64,000 nucleotides of DNA from an uncultured Gardnerella sp. (GTDB taxonomy: Bacteria; Actinomycetota; Actinomycetes; Actinomycetales; Bifidobacteriaceae), in assembly GCA_947088155.1 (NCBI GenBank), contig CAMUFL010000002.1, positions 148,275 through 212,274 on the forward strand. The letters are read 5' to 3'. Numbering within the stretch: position 1 is the stretch's first letter; the number at the start of each line of letters is the position of its first letter. Both the position numbers and the translations under genes were made by a program. Below, piece by piece: positions 49,128 through 58,286 of this stretch. The notes beneath the pieces are model-generated. The model was not told the origin of the DNA. It searched no databases and saw only the letters and a list, made by a program, of their open reading frames with translations.

Positions 49128-50344
49128 TGAAAACATTTTCGCGCGTTATTGAGTTGGTTAAAAGCTGGAAAATTCAGCGAACTTTATTCATAATATTGGC
49201 GATTCTTGTAGTGTCAATGGATGTGCAATCTTGTAATACAGCTGGGTTGTGGCACAATCCATTACAATCTGCGTGCCAATACGTTTGGATGTTTGCAACT
49301 TTTCTTATGATTGCTTTTCCGCGTCAAATATCACTCGTAACTCCGATTTTGTATTGTTTAACGTTAGCAGTACCAGGCGTAAATGCAACTTGCGTTCTTT
49401 TTGCGCTGCTCGCTGGCATGCTTGTTGCAGGCTTTTACGATTCGTGGAAGTATTTGCTTTCTGCGTACATAGTTTCGCTGAATATTATGTACTTTGCAAA
49501 AATGGAGTACATTCCGATTACTTTCCCTTGTTTTGTTCTTATTGCTATGATTTGTGGCTACGCTTTGCGCAAGTATTTGAACATTTTGGAGGAAAATAAT
49601 CGCGCAAAAATGGATATTGTGCGCAGCGAATTCCAGTCTTATATTGCGTCTGTTGCATTGCAATTGCACGACGATGTGAACAATGAGATTACGGATATTA
49701 CATTGCTTGCGACTGATGCTTTGTATGCCGAGAAAAGTGATCATACAAAAGAGTCGCTAGAGCAGATTGTTGAGCATTCTCGTAATGCGCTTTCTAAAAC
49801 GCGACTTGTTATTAATTTACTTGAGCAAGCTGAGCATAAGTATGATGATTCTTTAGGTTCAAATATTGTTAGCAAGCAGTTTATTTATGGTTCTAATGGC
49901 AATAATTGCATGACTTTGGCTGATTTTCTATGCAATATTCGCGCACGATTGCAATCTGAGCGTAAGATTTGTGAGCAGCTTGGCTATTATGGCTCTATAA
50001 CAGTAAATGATGAAAGTTCGGGAAGTAACGATTTTGCTGTATCTGCAATCGTTAATGGCGAAAAAGCTCAATGTGCTATTCGCATGTGCAGTGAGCTGCT
50101 TACTAATATTCGCAAGCATTGCAATACTAGCGTTGATTTTTCTATGAATGTTACGGTTGATGAGCGCGCATGCAAAATAATGTGTATGAATTCGATTTCG
50201 ACGTTGAACAAGTTTGGCGAAAGGCTTGTTTTTGGCAAAGGACTATTGTTCCACAAAAAATCTGTGGAACGTTTAGGTGGATCTTTAAACGCGCAAAAAG
50301 ATGATGATGCGTGGCTGGTCAATGTTGTTATTCCGCTAAACTAA
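49121..50344 (+). CDS. Sensor histidine kinase (HisKA_3/NarX-LiaS type), intramembrane-sensing
   Basis: About 5 N-terminal TM helices, an H-box LQLHDDVNNEITDI and a C-terminal HATPase_c (ELLTNIRKHCN...GKGLL). The start overlaps the RR stop. Confidence 0.8.
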   Translation: MLMKTFSRVIELVKSWKIQRTLFIILAILVVSMDVQSCNTAGLWHNPLQSACQYVWMFATFLMIAFPRQISLVTPILYCLTLAVPGVNATCVLFALLAGMLVAGFYDSWKYLLSAYIVSLNIMYFAKMEYIPITFPCFVLIAMICGYALRKYLNILEENNRAKMDIVRSEFQSYIASVALQLHDDVNNEITDITLLATDALYAEKSDHTKESLEQIVEHSRNALSKTRLVINLLEQAEHKYDDSLGSNIVSKQFIYGSNGNNCMTLADFLCNIRARLQSERKICEQLGYYGSITVNDESSGSNDFAVSAIVNGEKAQCAIRMCSELLTNIRKHCNTSVDFSMNVTVDERACKIMCMNSISTLNKFGERLVFGKGLLFHKKSVERLGGSLNAQKDDDAWLVNVVIPLN

Positions 50345-50483
50345 CATCACTCAAATCGCACGTTATCGTGGCAGTTTTTGCAACGATAACTTGTTTAAAG
50401 AATATGACGTCTGCAATTCTTGTTGCTTTCACACTACAAAAAAGATAAAATATTAGTATGAAAGCAACAGAAGTGAGGTTATT

Positions 50484-51074
50484 ATGTCAAACAAAAAGAT
50501 GCTCCTTGACTATTTAGATAACCATCATGGAATAATTACATACAAAGATTGTAAGACATTAAGTATTCCGACTATATATTTAACTCGTTTGAAAAACGAA
50601 GGTGTTATTAATCGAATTGAAAGGGGAATTTTCCTCTCTTCCAATGGTGATTATGACGAATATTACTTCTTTCAATATCGTTATCCGCAAGCTGTATTCT
50701 CTTATGTTTCAGCTCTTTATCTTCAAGGTCTTACAGATGAAATTCCACAACATTTTGAAGTAAGTGTTCCTAGAGGATATCGTTTTAATAATCCGCCATC
50801 AAATTTAACTATTCATTGGGTCTCGAAATCGTATAGCAAGTTAGGCGTTACTACAACGGCTACCCCAATGGGCAATAAAGTATGTGTTTATGATTTTGAA
50901 CGCATTATTTGTGATTTTATAATAAACAGAAACAGTATTGATTCTGAACTCTTTGTTAAAACTCTTCAAACTTACAGTAAGCATAACGGGAAAGATTTTA
51001 TAAAACTTCATGAGTATGCAACAAAAATGAATATATCCAATAAAGTTAAGCAAACACTGGAAGTGCTACTGTGA
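50484..51074 (+). CDS. abiEi: AbiEi-family antitoxin / transcriptional regulator (type IV TA)
   Basis: The N-terminal wHTH segment LLDYLDNHHGIITYKDCKTLSIP...LTRLKNEGVINRIERGIF matches the AbiEi_4 pattern. It overlaps the downstream AbiEii gene by 4 bp. Confidence 0.7.
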   Translation: MSNKKMLLDYLDNHHGIITYKDCKTLSIPTIYLTRLKNEGVINRIERGIFLSSNGDYDEYYFFQYRYPQAVFSYVSALYLQGLTDEIPQHFEVSVPRGYRFNNPPSNLTIHWVSKSYSKLGVTTTATPMGNKVCVYDFERIICDFIINRNSIDSELFVKTLQTYSKHNGKDFIKLHEYATKMNISNKVKQTLEVLL

Positions 51075-51916
51075 ATAAGGCAAAATTAACGGCATTGTGT
51101 CATAAAATGTCCACAAAGACTGGTTTAACATTTAATTCTGTTATGACTTATTATTTTCTTGAAGTTATTTTGAAAAAATTAAGTCAAAGTAATTATTCAG
51201 ATCACTATGTTTTCAAAGGTGGATTCCTTCTGTCAAACATAATAGGTATCAATTCGCGCAGTACGGTAGATATTGACTTTCAGTTTCATAAAATGGAGCT
51301 TTCAGAAGAAAACGTTAAAAAACAACTAACAGAAGTTTTTGCAAATTCAAAAGATGATATAAGTTTTTCTATTCAGTCTATTGCGGCTATTAAAGAAAGC
51401 GATGATTATGGAGGATATCGCGCAACAATTTTGTGTGAGCTGGAAAATATTAAACAAATTGTTCATTTGGATATTGCTACTGGTGATGTTGTTACGCCAC
51501 AGCCAATAAATTACTACTATAAAGCTATTTTTACCGATGAAACATTCCCAATTATTGCTTATAACGTTGAAAGTATATTAGCGGAAAAGCTTCAGACTAT
51601 TTATTCACGCAATTTTTTAAATAGTCGCAGTAAAGATTTTTATGATATTTTTATTCTTTTAAAATTAAAAAAGAATGATATTGATTTTTCGCAATTAGTG
51701 ATAGCTTGCCAAAGAACTTTCTTATATCGTGAAACAGAATTAGATTTTAATAAGATAATTAATCTTCTAGAATCTTTTAAAACTGATTATACGCAAAATC
51801 AACAGTGGCAAAATTATTCAAAAAAATATAGTTATACAAGAGGAATAACATTTTCAAACGTACTTGATGAGACTATAAACTTACTGAACATTCTTAACGC
51901 TAAGCAAAATGACTAA
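51071..51916 (+). CDS. abiEii: AbiEii/AbiGii-family nucleotidyltransferase toxin
   Basis: Nucleotidyltransferase core FKGGFLLSNIIG...STVDIDFQF (GS-x9-13-DxD type), in the classic AbiE operon arrangement. Confidence 0.8.
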   Translation: MNKAKLTALCHKMSTKTGLTFNSVMTYYFLEVILKKLSQSNYSDHYVFKGGFLLSNIIGINSRSTVDIDFQFHKMELSEENVKKQLTEVFANSKDDISFSIQSIAAIKESDDYGGYRATILCELENIKQIVHLDIATGDVVTPQPINYYYKAIFTDETFPIIAYNVESILAEKLQTIYSRNFLNSRSKDFYDIFILLKLKKNDIDFSQLVIACQRTFLYRETELDFNKIINLLESFKTDYTQNQQWQNYSKKYSYTRGITFSNVLDETINLLNILNAKQND

Positions 51917-52078
51917 ATTTGTACACGGTGGCGACAAGACGACAATTTTGGCGACATAAAAATGTCGCTTTGTGTCATATCTCTCATGTTTATTCTTGAC
52001 AAACTTATACAACAATTTTAATATTTTTAATAAAAGTTTAATTTAATTAAAGTTTTGTAGGTTGAAGAAAGGGGTGAT

Positions 52079-52372
52079 ATGGATCATATTCCAAAATGGA
52101 TGGCTAATCTCACAGATGAAGATATGTCGTTTATAAAGAACTTTGTATTATCGTCTGGATCGTTAAAAGAAATGTCGCAAATGTATCAAGTCTCTTACCC
52201 AACGATGAGAATCAGGCTTAACCGGCTCATTGAAAAGCTGCACATAAGCGACAATGAACCAGAAGACCCGTTCGTTCTTTTAGTAAAGAGTCTTGCTATT
52301 GACGATAAATACGATGTTGACACAGCTCGAACACTCATAAACGAATATAGAAAAAGAAAGGATGAATCATGA
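52079..52372 (+). CDS. Small DNA-binding protein, DUF2089-like
   Basis: LTDEDMSFIKNFVLSSGSLKEMSQMYQVSYPTMRIRLNRLIEKL resembles the HTH segment of the DUF2089 family. Assignment from memory of the family consensus. Confidence 0.4.
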   Translation: MDHIPKWMANLTDEDMSFIKNFVLSSGSLKEMSQMYQVSYPTMRIRLNRLIEKLHISDNEPEDPFVLLVKSLAIDDKYDVDTARTLINEYRKRKDES

Positions 52373-52542
52373 GCTATGCATTATTTGGTCCAATAATTGA
52401 CATTCTTATTGCACTTGCTATATGTGCTTTAGTGTTCTTTATTGCAAGAAGCCTTATTCGCTATGCGCATTCTCTTAAGAAAGACGATAAGTCATCTAAG
52501 CAGTCTGCAGAAGATAAAAGAATTGCATTACAAGACTTATAA
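52369..52542 (+). CDS. Small membrane protein (57 aa), translationally coupled to the DUF2089-like gene (ATGA overlap)
   Basis: MSYALFGPIIDILIALAICALVFFIARSLIRYAHSLKKDDKSSKQSAEDKRIALQDL has a single TM and a basic tail. It falls below the 60-aa ORF-track cutoff and was found by reading. Confidence 0.3.
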   Translation: MSYALFGPIIDILIALAICALVFFIARSLIRYAHSLKKDDKSSKQSAEDKRIALQDL

Positions 52543-52638
52543 AACACAAAAATAACACGTTATCGTGGCAGTTTTTGCGATTTTTGCAATTTTGCCACGA
52601 TAACCCGAAATTTAACGAAGAGAAGAGAAGCAATGCAA

Positions 52639-53310
52639 CTACCGAGCTAACGCCTCAATATGCAACACACGATCACATCGCTGAGCAATCAAAGGATCAT
52701 GTGTCACTACAAGCAATGTCTTGTTATATTCTTTATTCATCGCTTGCAATTGCGCAAACACTTTATCAGCAAGATCTCTATCAAGTGAACCCGTCGGCTC
52801 ATCTGCCAAAATCAACGAGCCAGGTTTCAGCATTGCACGAGCAATCGCAACTCGCTGCTGTTCACCACCAGAAAGCACAGCAATACGGTCATTTTTAGCA
52901 TACTCAATATTGAGTTCAGCAAGAACTGCATCAATCATTTGGTGTTTAACAGACTTTGACTCTTTATTATAGGCCATCGCAATCCACAAATTATCAAATA
53001 CAGTTCGATTATTGAGCAATGCAAACGATTGAAATAAGTAGCTAATATGATAACGACGTAACTTAGTAGCAGCAACGGAATTAATAGCTGGAAGTTCTTT
53101 GCCAGCAATCTTTATTTCACCTTTATCATAGGTTTCAAGCATGCCGAGAATGTTTAGAATAGTGGATTTTCCAGAGCCGGAAGCCCCCATGATTGCTAAC
53201 GATTCTCCTTGTTGCACACTAAAACTAAGATTATTTAAAACCGGTCGATTTCCATATGATTTATAAAGATTGCGTACACTTATTAAAGGTTCAATACTGT
53301 TATTTTGCAT
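52639..53310 (-). CDS. ABC transporter ATP-binding protein of the lactococcin-972-type locus
   Basis: Walker A GASGSGKST, signature [14 protein letters not shown], Walker B LILADEPTGSLD and H-loop VTHD. Confidence 0.9.
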   Translation of the reverse strand: MQNNSIEPLISVRNLYKSYGNRPVLNNLSFSVQQGESLAIMGASGSGKSTILNILGMLETYDKGEIKIAGKELPAINSVAATKLRRYHISYLFQSFALLNNRTVFDNLWIAMAYNKESKSVKHQMIDAVLAELNIEYAKNDRIAVLSGGEQQRVAIARAMLKPGSLILADEPTGSLDRDLADKVFAQLQAMNKEYNKTLLVVTHDPLIAQRCDRVLHIEALAR

Positions 53311-53316
53311 TATCGA

Positions 53317-55515
53317 CTACTCCTTTACCATAGAAGTAATGTGTTTATTACTCAAATAATATGTTTGTATCGTTAATAATATGAGTTCAATAATTGCCGA
53401 AATCAGCACATATATCATGCCAGAACGAGTCCGTTCAATCGAAGCAATAACAAAAAGTACTCCTTGAACGAGTCCCACAAGCAAGAATGGCATAGAAAAT
53501 ATGCGTAATAGCGAAAAACCAAGCAATCGTTTCACCGCAATACTTTCTTGATAGCATGCTGCAAACATAGCAATAATCGCTATAAGCAATATCAACATAA
53601 GCAGAGTAATAAGCAGAATTACGCTACCAAACAATTGCAACGTCTGCATAATCGTCTTTTGGTAGCCTGCAATGCATTCTCCTACTTGTAAGAATTGAAG
53701 ATGATTATCATCAAGATGATACCGTGCAGTATAAGCGTCGCTCAAATATCGAGCTGCTGCTTGATCATTCAATTTAATGTAGCTATTGTCAAGGCCGCCA
53801 GCAAGTAATGATTCACTTTCAGACGCATTCAAATTATCACTCGTCGCATAAAAAATAATAGGATCTTTTACCATAACCTTATGATGAATATCCGTAGACC
53901 AGTTAAACCACTCGCGAGAAGGATGATACGTGCGGAATGCGAATTGTGGATGCGCAGTAAACTTGGTCGAAACATCAGTAGACGTTAGGTTGTCTGACTC
54001 TTGAAGCCACTGCCTCATCGAAGTCTGCTCTTGAGGATTATACGTATCGGGAATGAAGTAAATGCGCACACCCTGACGAGCAAGGTTTTTGACCTCGTTA
54101 TCTACAGTAAATCCTTGATCTTGCAAGTACTTAGGCGATGCCACAAACGACCAGAATGGCTTAGAAGGCACATGCTTATATACGCTACCGTTGCGCCAAT
54201 CTTGTAGTATATCCGCATCAAAGAAGCTTGTGTAAATAAGCCTTACTCCTGGCTTATCCTCAATAGAACGATACCATGCAAAAGCATCTTTGGCATACTG
54301 CGTCGATTGACCAGATACCGAAGCACCATCTTGCCCTACGAGGTGGTGATACATAATTCTCTGGTTTAATACAGGATGCCACATACGAGCAACTTCCACA
54401 CTTTTCGTCAACTCGCCTATTGGCCCATCTATGCTATGCACACCTTCTAATACGCATGTTGATGCAATAGCATAAACGAGTGCAAGAGCAATAAGCATAC
54501 CGCGTTTGGTGATACGATTACGAATTGCATCTACTGGTTTTACAGAAATAATCATCAAAATGACTAATGCACCGAGAAGCAACACAACTGCAATAACTGG
54601 CAACGCTATAATCAGTGCCTGCATTAACAATTGAATATTCCATATAAATCCGTGAGTAAATAAACTCATCACGATACAAACAAGAGGATATACAGCGAGT
54701 GCTGAAACAAGTATCGGCATAAGGTGACGCGAAGCAAACGATGAACGCGACCAACCCAACAATAAGTAGCTTCCCAATGTTCTATACGAAAGATATCCAT
54801 CAGCGATTATCGTAATTCCAAGAAGCAACACTGTTACAATGCAAACAATAATAAAAGTAAGTTGATTAAAACTATTGGATCGTGCTATTCCAGATTTTCC
54901 ACGTTGAAAATCTTGATAGGTTGTACCAGCGATGCGAGCAGCTTGAGTAACTAATGCATGGTAGTCTCGATTGGAAAGTCCCACAATCCTGTAATCGCCA
55001 AGCTTTGTTTTACTATTGTCGACGAGGGCATCTAATTGACGAACAACTAAACGCGAACCCTCAATGGAAATAGCGGGCAGATCAGCAAGCATATCTGCTT
55101 TTGCCATATCAAGTCCAAGCGTTTTGCTGCTTTCGCTGTGCAATAATTGCGTAAAGGCATGCGATGTCAGAATCGGCGTTCCGAGATACGACAAAGTAAG
55201 CAAATCATCTTTACCCCGCGGATTGCCAAATATGCCAAGCTCAAAACCATCTACACCAGCATCACTCGCTGCCAAGCGCATATCATTACGAACCACAAAA
55301 GCATTATGCTGAGCAACAGTCTTCTTGAGTAATGCATAAATTTGATCAGCTTTGTCTTCTGTCACACCGCGTAATGAAAAAAGGCGACTCGTTTGTGGAT
55401 ATATAGCAATACAATCACCCAAGGAGTCACTCATTCTTGTCAAACCTAGCAGCGATGCAAATAATGCAAGCAGAAGAACAAGTGCGCATGACAATGAACG
55501 CAACAATCGAGACAT
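53317..55515 (-). CDS. Bacteriocin-associated integral membrane protein (DUF1430 / Lcn972-locus putative immunity-transport permease, FtsX-like C-terminus)
   Basis: The 732-aa protein has an N-terminal TM, a large extracytoplasmic region, a mid TM bundle and a C-terminal FtsX-like 3-TM module. It lies between an Lcn972-like bacteriocin gene and an ABC ATPase, as in the lactococcin 972 operon. Confidence 0.7.
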   Translation of the reverse strand: MSRLLRSLSCALVLLLALFASLLGLTRMSDSLGDCIAIYPQTSRLFSLRGVTEDKADQIYALLKKTVAQHNAFVVRNDMRLAASDAGVDGFELGIFGNPRGKDDLLTLSYLGTPILTSHAFTQLLHSESSKTLGLDMAKADMLADLPAISIEGSRLVVRQLDALVDNSKTKLGDYRIVGLSNRDYHALVTQAARIAGTTYQDFQRGKSGIARSNSFNQLTFIIVCIVTVLLLGITIIADGYLSYRTLGSYLLLGWSRSSFASRHLMPILVSALAVYPLVCIVMSLFTHGFIWNIQLLMQALIIALPVIAVVLLLGALVILMIISVKPVDAIRNRITKRGMLIALALVYAIASTCVLEGVHSIDGPIGELTKSVEVARMWHPVLNQRIMYHHLVGQDGASVSGQSTQYAKDAFAWYRSIEDKPGVRLIYTSFFDADILQDWRNGSVYKHVPSKPFWSFVASPKYLQDQGFTVDNEVKNLARQGVRIYFIPDTYNPQEQTSMRQWLQESDNLTSTDVSTKFTAHPQFAFRTYHPSREWFNWSTDIHHKVMVKDPIIFYATSDNLNASESESLLAGGLDNSYIKLNDQAAARYLSDAYTARYHLDDNHLQFLQVGECIAGYQKTIMQTLQLFGSVILLITLLMLILLIAIIAMFAACYQESIAVKRLLGFSLLRIFSMPFLLVGLVQGVLFVIASIERTRSGMIYVLISAIIELILLTIQTYYLSNKHITSMVKE

Positions 55516-55551
55516 CGCATACCCCTATAATAAGTTATTCATACATACAGA

Positions 55552-55842
55552 TTATTTGCAATCCCAATAGGCAGTAGCACGACCAGTGCCTACAAAGGCT
55601 GTAGCATTTGCTAATTCTCCAGGCTTTTTCCAGCCAGAAAATACATCATTAGCGCCGGCAGCATGCGTATACTTGTGAGTCTGCACGTGCGAGTAACTAT
55701 AAACTGCCAACCAACGACCATGTTCCCAGTTGACAGGAGTTCCTTTATAGTAAACAGTTTCAGCTGCAGCAATGCCGCATGGAACTAATGCCATGGAAAT
55801 TGCTAACACTACTGTCGATGCAATACGTGAAATTTTCTTCAT
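55552..55842 (-). CDS. Lactococcin 972-family bacteriocin precursor
   Basis: 96 aa with a Sec signal peptide (MKKISRIASTVVLAISMALVPCGIAAA). The mature region resembles Lcn972 (WEHG...YSYSHVQTHKYTHAAG...GWKK...ATAFVG...AYW versus Lcn972 WQHG...YSNYHHGSKTHSATV...GVWAKATVG...FYYNFW). RBS ggagg lies upstream. Confidence 0.65.
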   Translation of the reverse strand: MKKISRIASTVVLAISMALVPCGIAAAETVYYKGTPVNWEHGRWLAVYSYSHVQTHKYTHAAGANDVFSGWKKPGELANATAFVGTGRATAYWDCK

Positions 55843-55865
55843 CGTAAACCTCCAACTTATTTGCT

Positions 55866-55874
55866 GGGGGGGGG
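55866..55874. repeat. Homopolymeric G9 (C9 on the sense strand) located 24-32 nt upstream of the bacteriocin start codon
   Basis: ttgct-ggggggggg-caatg. On the minus strand it reads ccccccccc-agcaaataagttggaggtttacgATG. Confidence 0.9.
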
Positions 55875-56037
55875 CAATGTGCCTCCCACTAACATGATAG
55901 ATTCACTTATTTGTTGCGTCAACAAGAAATGCTAACGACTTATTCCGACCGAGTATTTAGACGAACCTTTGCGTAGCAAACGCAAATAAGAAGTTAATCT
56001 GCGATGCAGAATGGTGTTTCGTTGCTATGTTATACGA

Positions 56038-56084
56038 GTTATCGTGGCAAAAATTGCAAATTTAGCAAAAACTGCCACGATAAC
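56038..56084. repeat. 47-bp palindromic element, copy C (GTTATCGTGGCAAAAATTGCAAATTTAGCAAAAACTGCCACGATAAC)
   Basis: Related copies occur at 50362..50390 (truncated), 52558..52606 and 56744..56790. Confidence 0.85.
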
Positions 56085-56092
56085 TGTGTGCG

Positions 56093-56380
56093 TCACGCAT
56101 TTGCTGGTTCTATTGCAATACGTCCACCTAATGCTTGAACAACCTTCGCAATAGTTTGGAAGCTGGGATTGCCGTCTCGTCTTAAGCTTTTGTAAAGGCT
56201 TTCCCTTCCAACCTCGGCTTTTTGAGCAATTTCTTTCATTCCTCTAGCTTTTGCAATATCGCCTATAGCGGCTTGCAGTAAACAAGGATCATTTAGTTCT
56301 GCTGCTGCATTGAGATACGCAATAACATCATCATCGTTCTCAAGATACTCACTCGCATCCCATTTACTTATATTTACCAT
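56093..56380 (-). CDS. Addiction-module antidote protein (HTH; HigA-like family paired with the RelE/ParE-type killer)
   Basis: DASEYLENDDDVIAYLNAA...AIGDIAKARGMKEIAQKAEVGRESLYKSLRRDGNPSFQTIAKVVQALG matches the 'putative addiction module antidote protein' family. It overlaps the upstream toxin gene by 7 bp. Confidence 0.75.
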   Translation of the reverse strand: MVNISKWDASEYLENDDDVIAYLNAAAELNDPCLLQAAIGDIAKARGMKEIAQKAEVGRESLYKSLRRDGNPSFQTIAKVVQALGGRIAIEPANA

Positions 56381-56685
56381 TTCTTCTCCTCAATTAACTG
56401 TGCAAGGAGTATCTTTGCTTGTTTAATATCTTTACTTTGACTACTTTTATCTCCACCAGCGAGTAACAGCATTAGTTTTGAGCCTTTTTGCGCAAAATAC
56501 ACACGATATCCTGGCCCAAAAGTAAAACGCAGCTCGCTAATGCCATTGCAAACTGGATGCAAATCACCTACTGGCTTGCCTGCAATTTCACATAATCTCA
56601 GCCTCGCGTTAATTCGAGCTTTAGATTGCGTATCGCGAAGTTTTTTCATCCAATTGCGATACTCATCTGTTTTAAGTATCTCCAT
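56374..56685 (-). CDS. Addiction-module killer protein (RelE/ParE superfamily)
   Basis: FTFGPGYRVYFAQKGSKLMLLLAGGDKSSQSKDIKQAKIL matches the 'putative addiction module killer protein' signature (GPGYRVYF...LLLCGGDKSTQ). Confidence 0.75.
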   Translation of the reverse strand: MEILKTDEYRNWMKKLRDTQSKARINARLRLCEIAGKPVGDLHPVCNGISELRFTFGPGYRVYFAQKGSKLMLLLAGGDKSSQSKDIKQAKILLAQLIEEKKW

Positions 56686-56834
56686 AAAAATATTTTATCC
56701 TGTAGGATACAGTTTTGCAATAATAAGTAAACAGTCATATCAGTTATCGTGACAAAAACTGCAAAATTAGCAAAAATTGCCACGATAACGCGTGATTTCG
56801 GCTGCGCGATATGGTCGTAACTATTGTCGAACAA

Positions 56835-58286
56835 TCAGTTAAAAAACATTGTTTGCGCGTCAACAAAGTTGATGCTTGTTTTAGCATGACGAGGATTGTA
56901 AGAAGTTGGATGCTTTGTAAAAAGCATAAATATTTTCTTATAATCGCGATTTTCTGCATTCTCAACTAAAGTTGCTCGCTGCAACAACTTGCTCACTGCT
57001 TCAGCTTCGTTAAGATTATTACGCCACTTACATTCTGCAATAATAAGCTGCTTGTTAATATCGTCTTCTGCAACAATATCGATATCAGTTTGTTCACGAG
57101 CAATAGGATCCGCACCCCACCATTTACCTAACTTAGTTGGCAAAAAGTCCATTCCGCCAACTTTGCATTGGCGCACAATCCACTGTTCACACATTTTCTC
57201 AAACTGTTGACCTACAAAAGTACTAAACACTTCATGCTCGCCACCAAGAATGCTACTTGCGGCAGCGTGTGAAAGTCCGCGTTCAATCAATCCTTTATTA
57301 GGCGCTACAAACCTATACCAATACGCAAAAAATGGGTCACAAATCTGCCATAATCCTTTTTTGCAATGAAGTGGATTCATGCCAAATGGAATATTTCTTT
57401 CAATTAATCCAAGCCCTTCTAATGTTTTCAAATACACGTTCACTGATGTAGCTGGCAATCCAATGCGATCCGATATTAAAGTCGGAGTATTGCAGCCTGT
57501 TGCAAGAGCGTTTAGTACACTATTGTATGTTGAAGGATCGCGCAATTCTTGACGCATGAGCATGTCTGGCTCAGCGTACAAAATTCCCGAAATGTTAAAG
57601 CATAATTGCTCAAGATTTTCCGCAAACGAAGACCTATTGTCCAACTGCTCAATATAGTATGGTGTTCCTCCAAGGGATGCAAAATAGTTGATTTTATCTT
57701 CCCAAGTAGCATTATTTGGCATAAGCTCAGCTGCTTCAAAAAGATTAAATGGTTGCAGGCGAATCTGCGCGTTACGTCTTCCGTAAAGCGGACTCTTTTT
57801 GCCAAGCACTTCACTTTCCATGAATCCTTCGTTGCTACCACACAAAATAAGAGTCATGTTCGCGTTCTTAAACTTATGATCTATTGCAACTTGAAATGTT
57901 GAGGCTAAAGACTTATCCGCTTGAGCTGCGTACGGAAATTCGTCGAAAACTAGAATAAGTGGAGATTTAGAAGCATTCGGGTCTACGGCGTTAGATTGTT
58001 GTGCAACGAAATCGAGAGCGTCGTTCCAATTATTAAACGATCCTGTAGTTGATGGAAGATTGAAGAAGTCGTACACAGTTCGCGAGAAATCACGCAAATT
58101 CTCGATATTAGTTTGCTCGCGAGCAGTAAAAAGTATTGCGCGCTTATTTTTACAAAAGTGTGAAATAAGAGAAGTTTTTCCTATTCGTCTTCGACCATAA
58201 ACTATTGCCATCTGGAACGAGTGATTGCTGTTTTCATACAGTTTTTCAAGTACTTGTAACTCGTCTTGTCTGCCAACAAAAACCAT
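56835..58286 (-). CDS. ATPase of the archaeal-ATPase/DUF234 family (AAA+)
   Basis: FVGRQDELQVLEKLY...AIVYGRRRIGKTSLI (Walker A) and ILVFDEFPY (Walker B). The C-terminal DUF234-like domain has a restriction-endonuclease-like tail (TDIDIVAEDD...IIAECKW). Confidence 0.8.
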   Translation of the reverse strand: MVFVGRQDELQVLEKLYENSNHSFQMAIVYGRRRIGKTSLISHFCKNKRAILFTAREQTNIENLRDFSRTVYDFFNLPSTTGSFNNWNDALDFVAQQSNAVDPNASKSPLILVFDEFPYAAQADKSLASTFQVAIDHKFKNANMTLILCGSNEGFMESEVLGKKSPLYGRRNAQIRLQPFNLFEAAELMPNNATWEDKINYFASLGGTPYYIEQLDNRSSFAENLEQLCFNISGILYAEPDMLMRQELRDPSTYNSVLNALATGCNTPTLISDRIGLPATSVNVYLKTLEGLGLIERNIPFGMNPLHCKKGLWQICDPFFAYWYRFVAPNKGLIERGLSHAAASSILGGEHEVFSTFVGQQFEKMCEQWIVRQCKVGGMDFLPTKLGKWWGADPIAREQTDIDIVAEDDINKQLIIAECKWRNNLNEAEAVSKLLQRATLVENAENRDYKKIFMLFTKHPTSYNPRHAKTSINFVDAQTMFFN

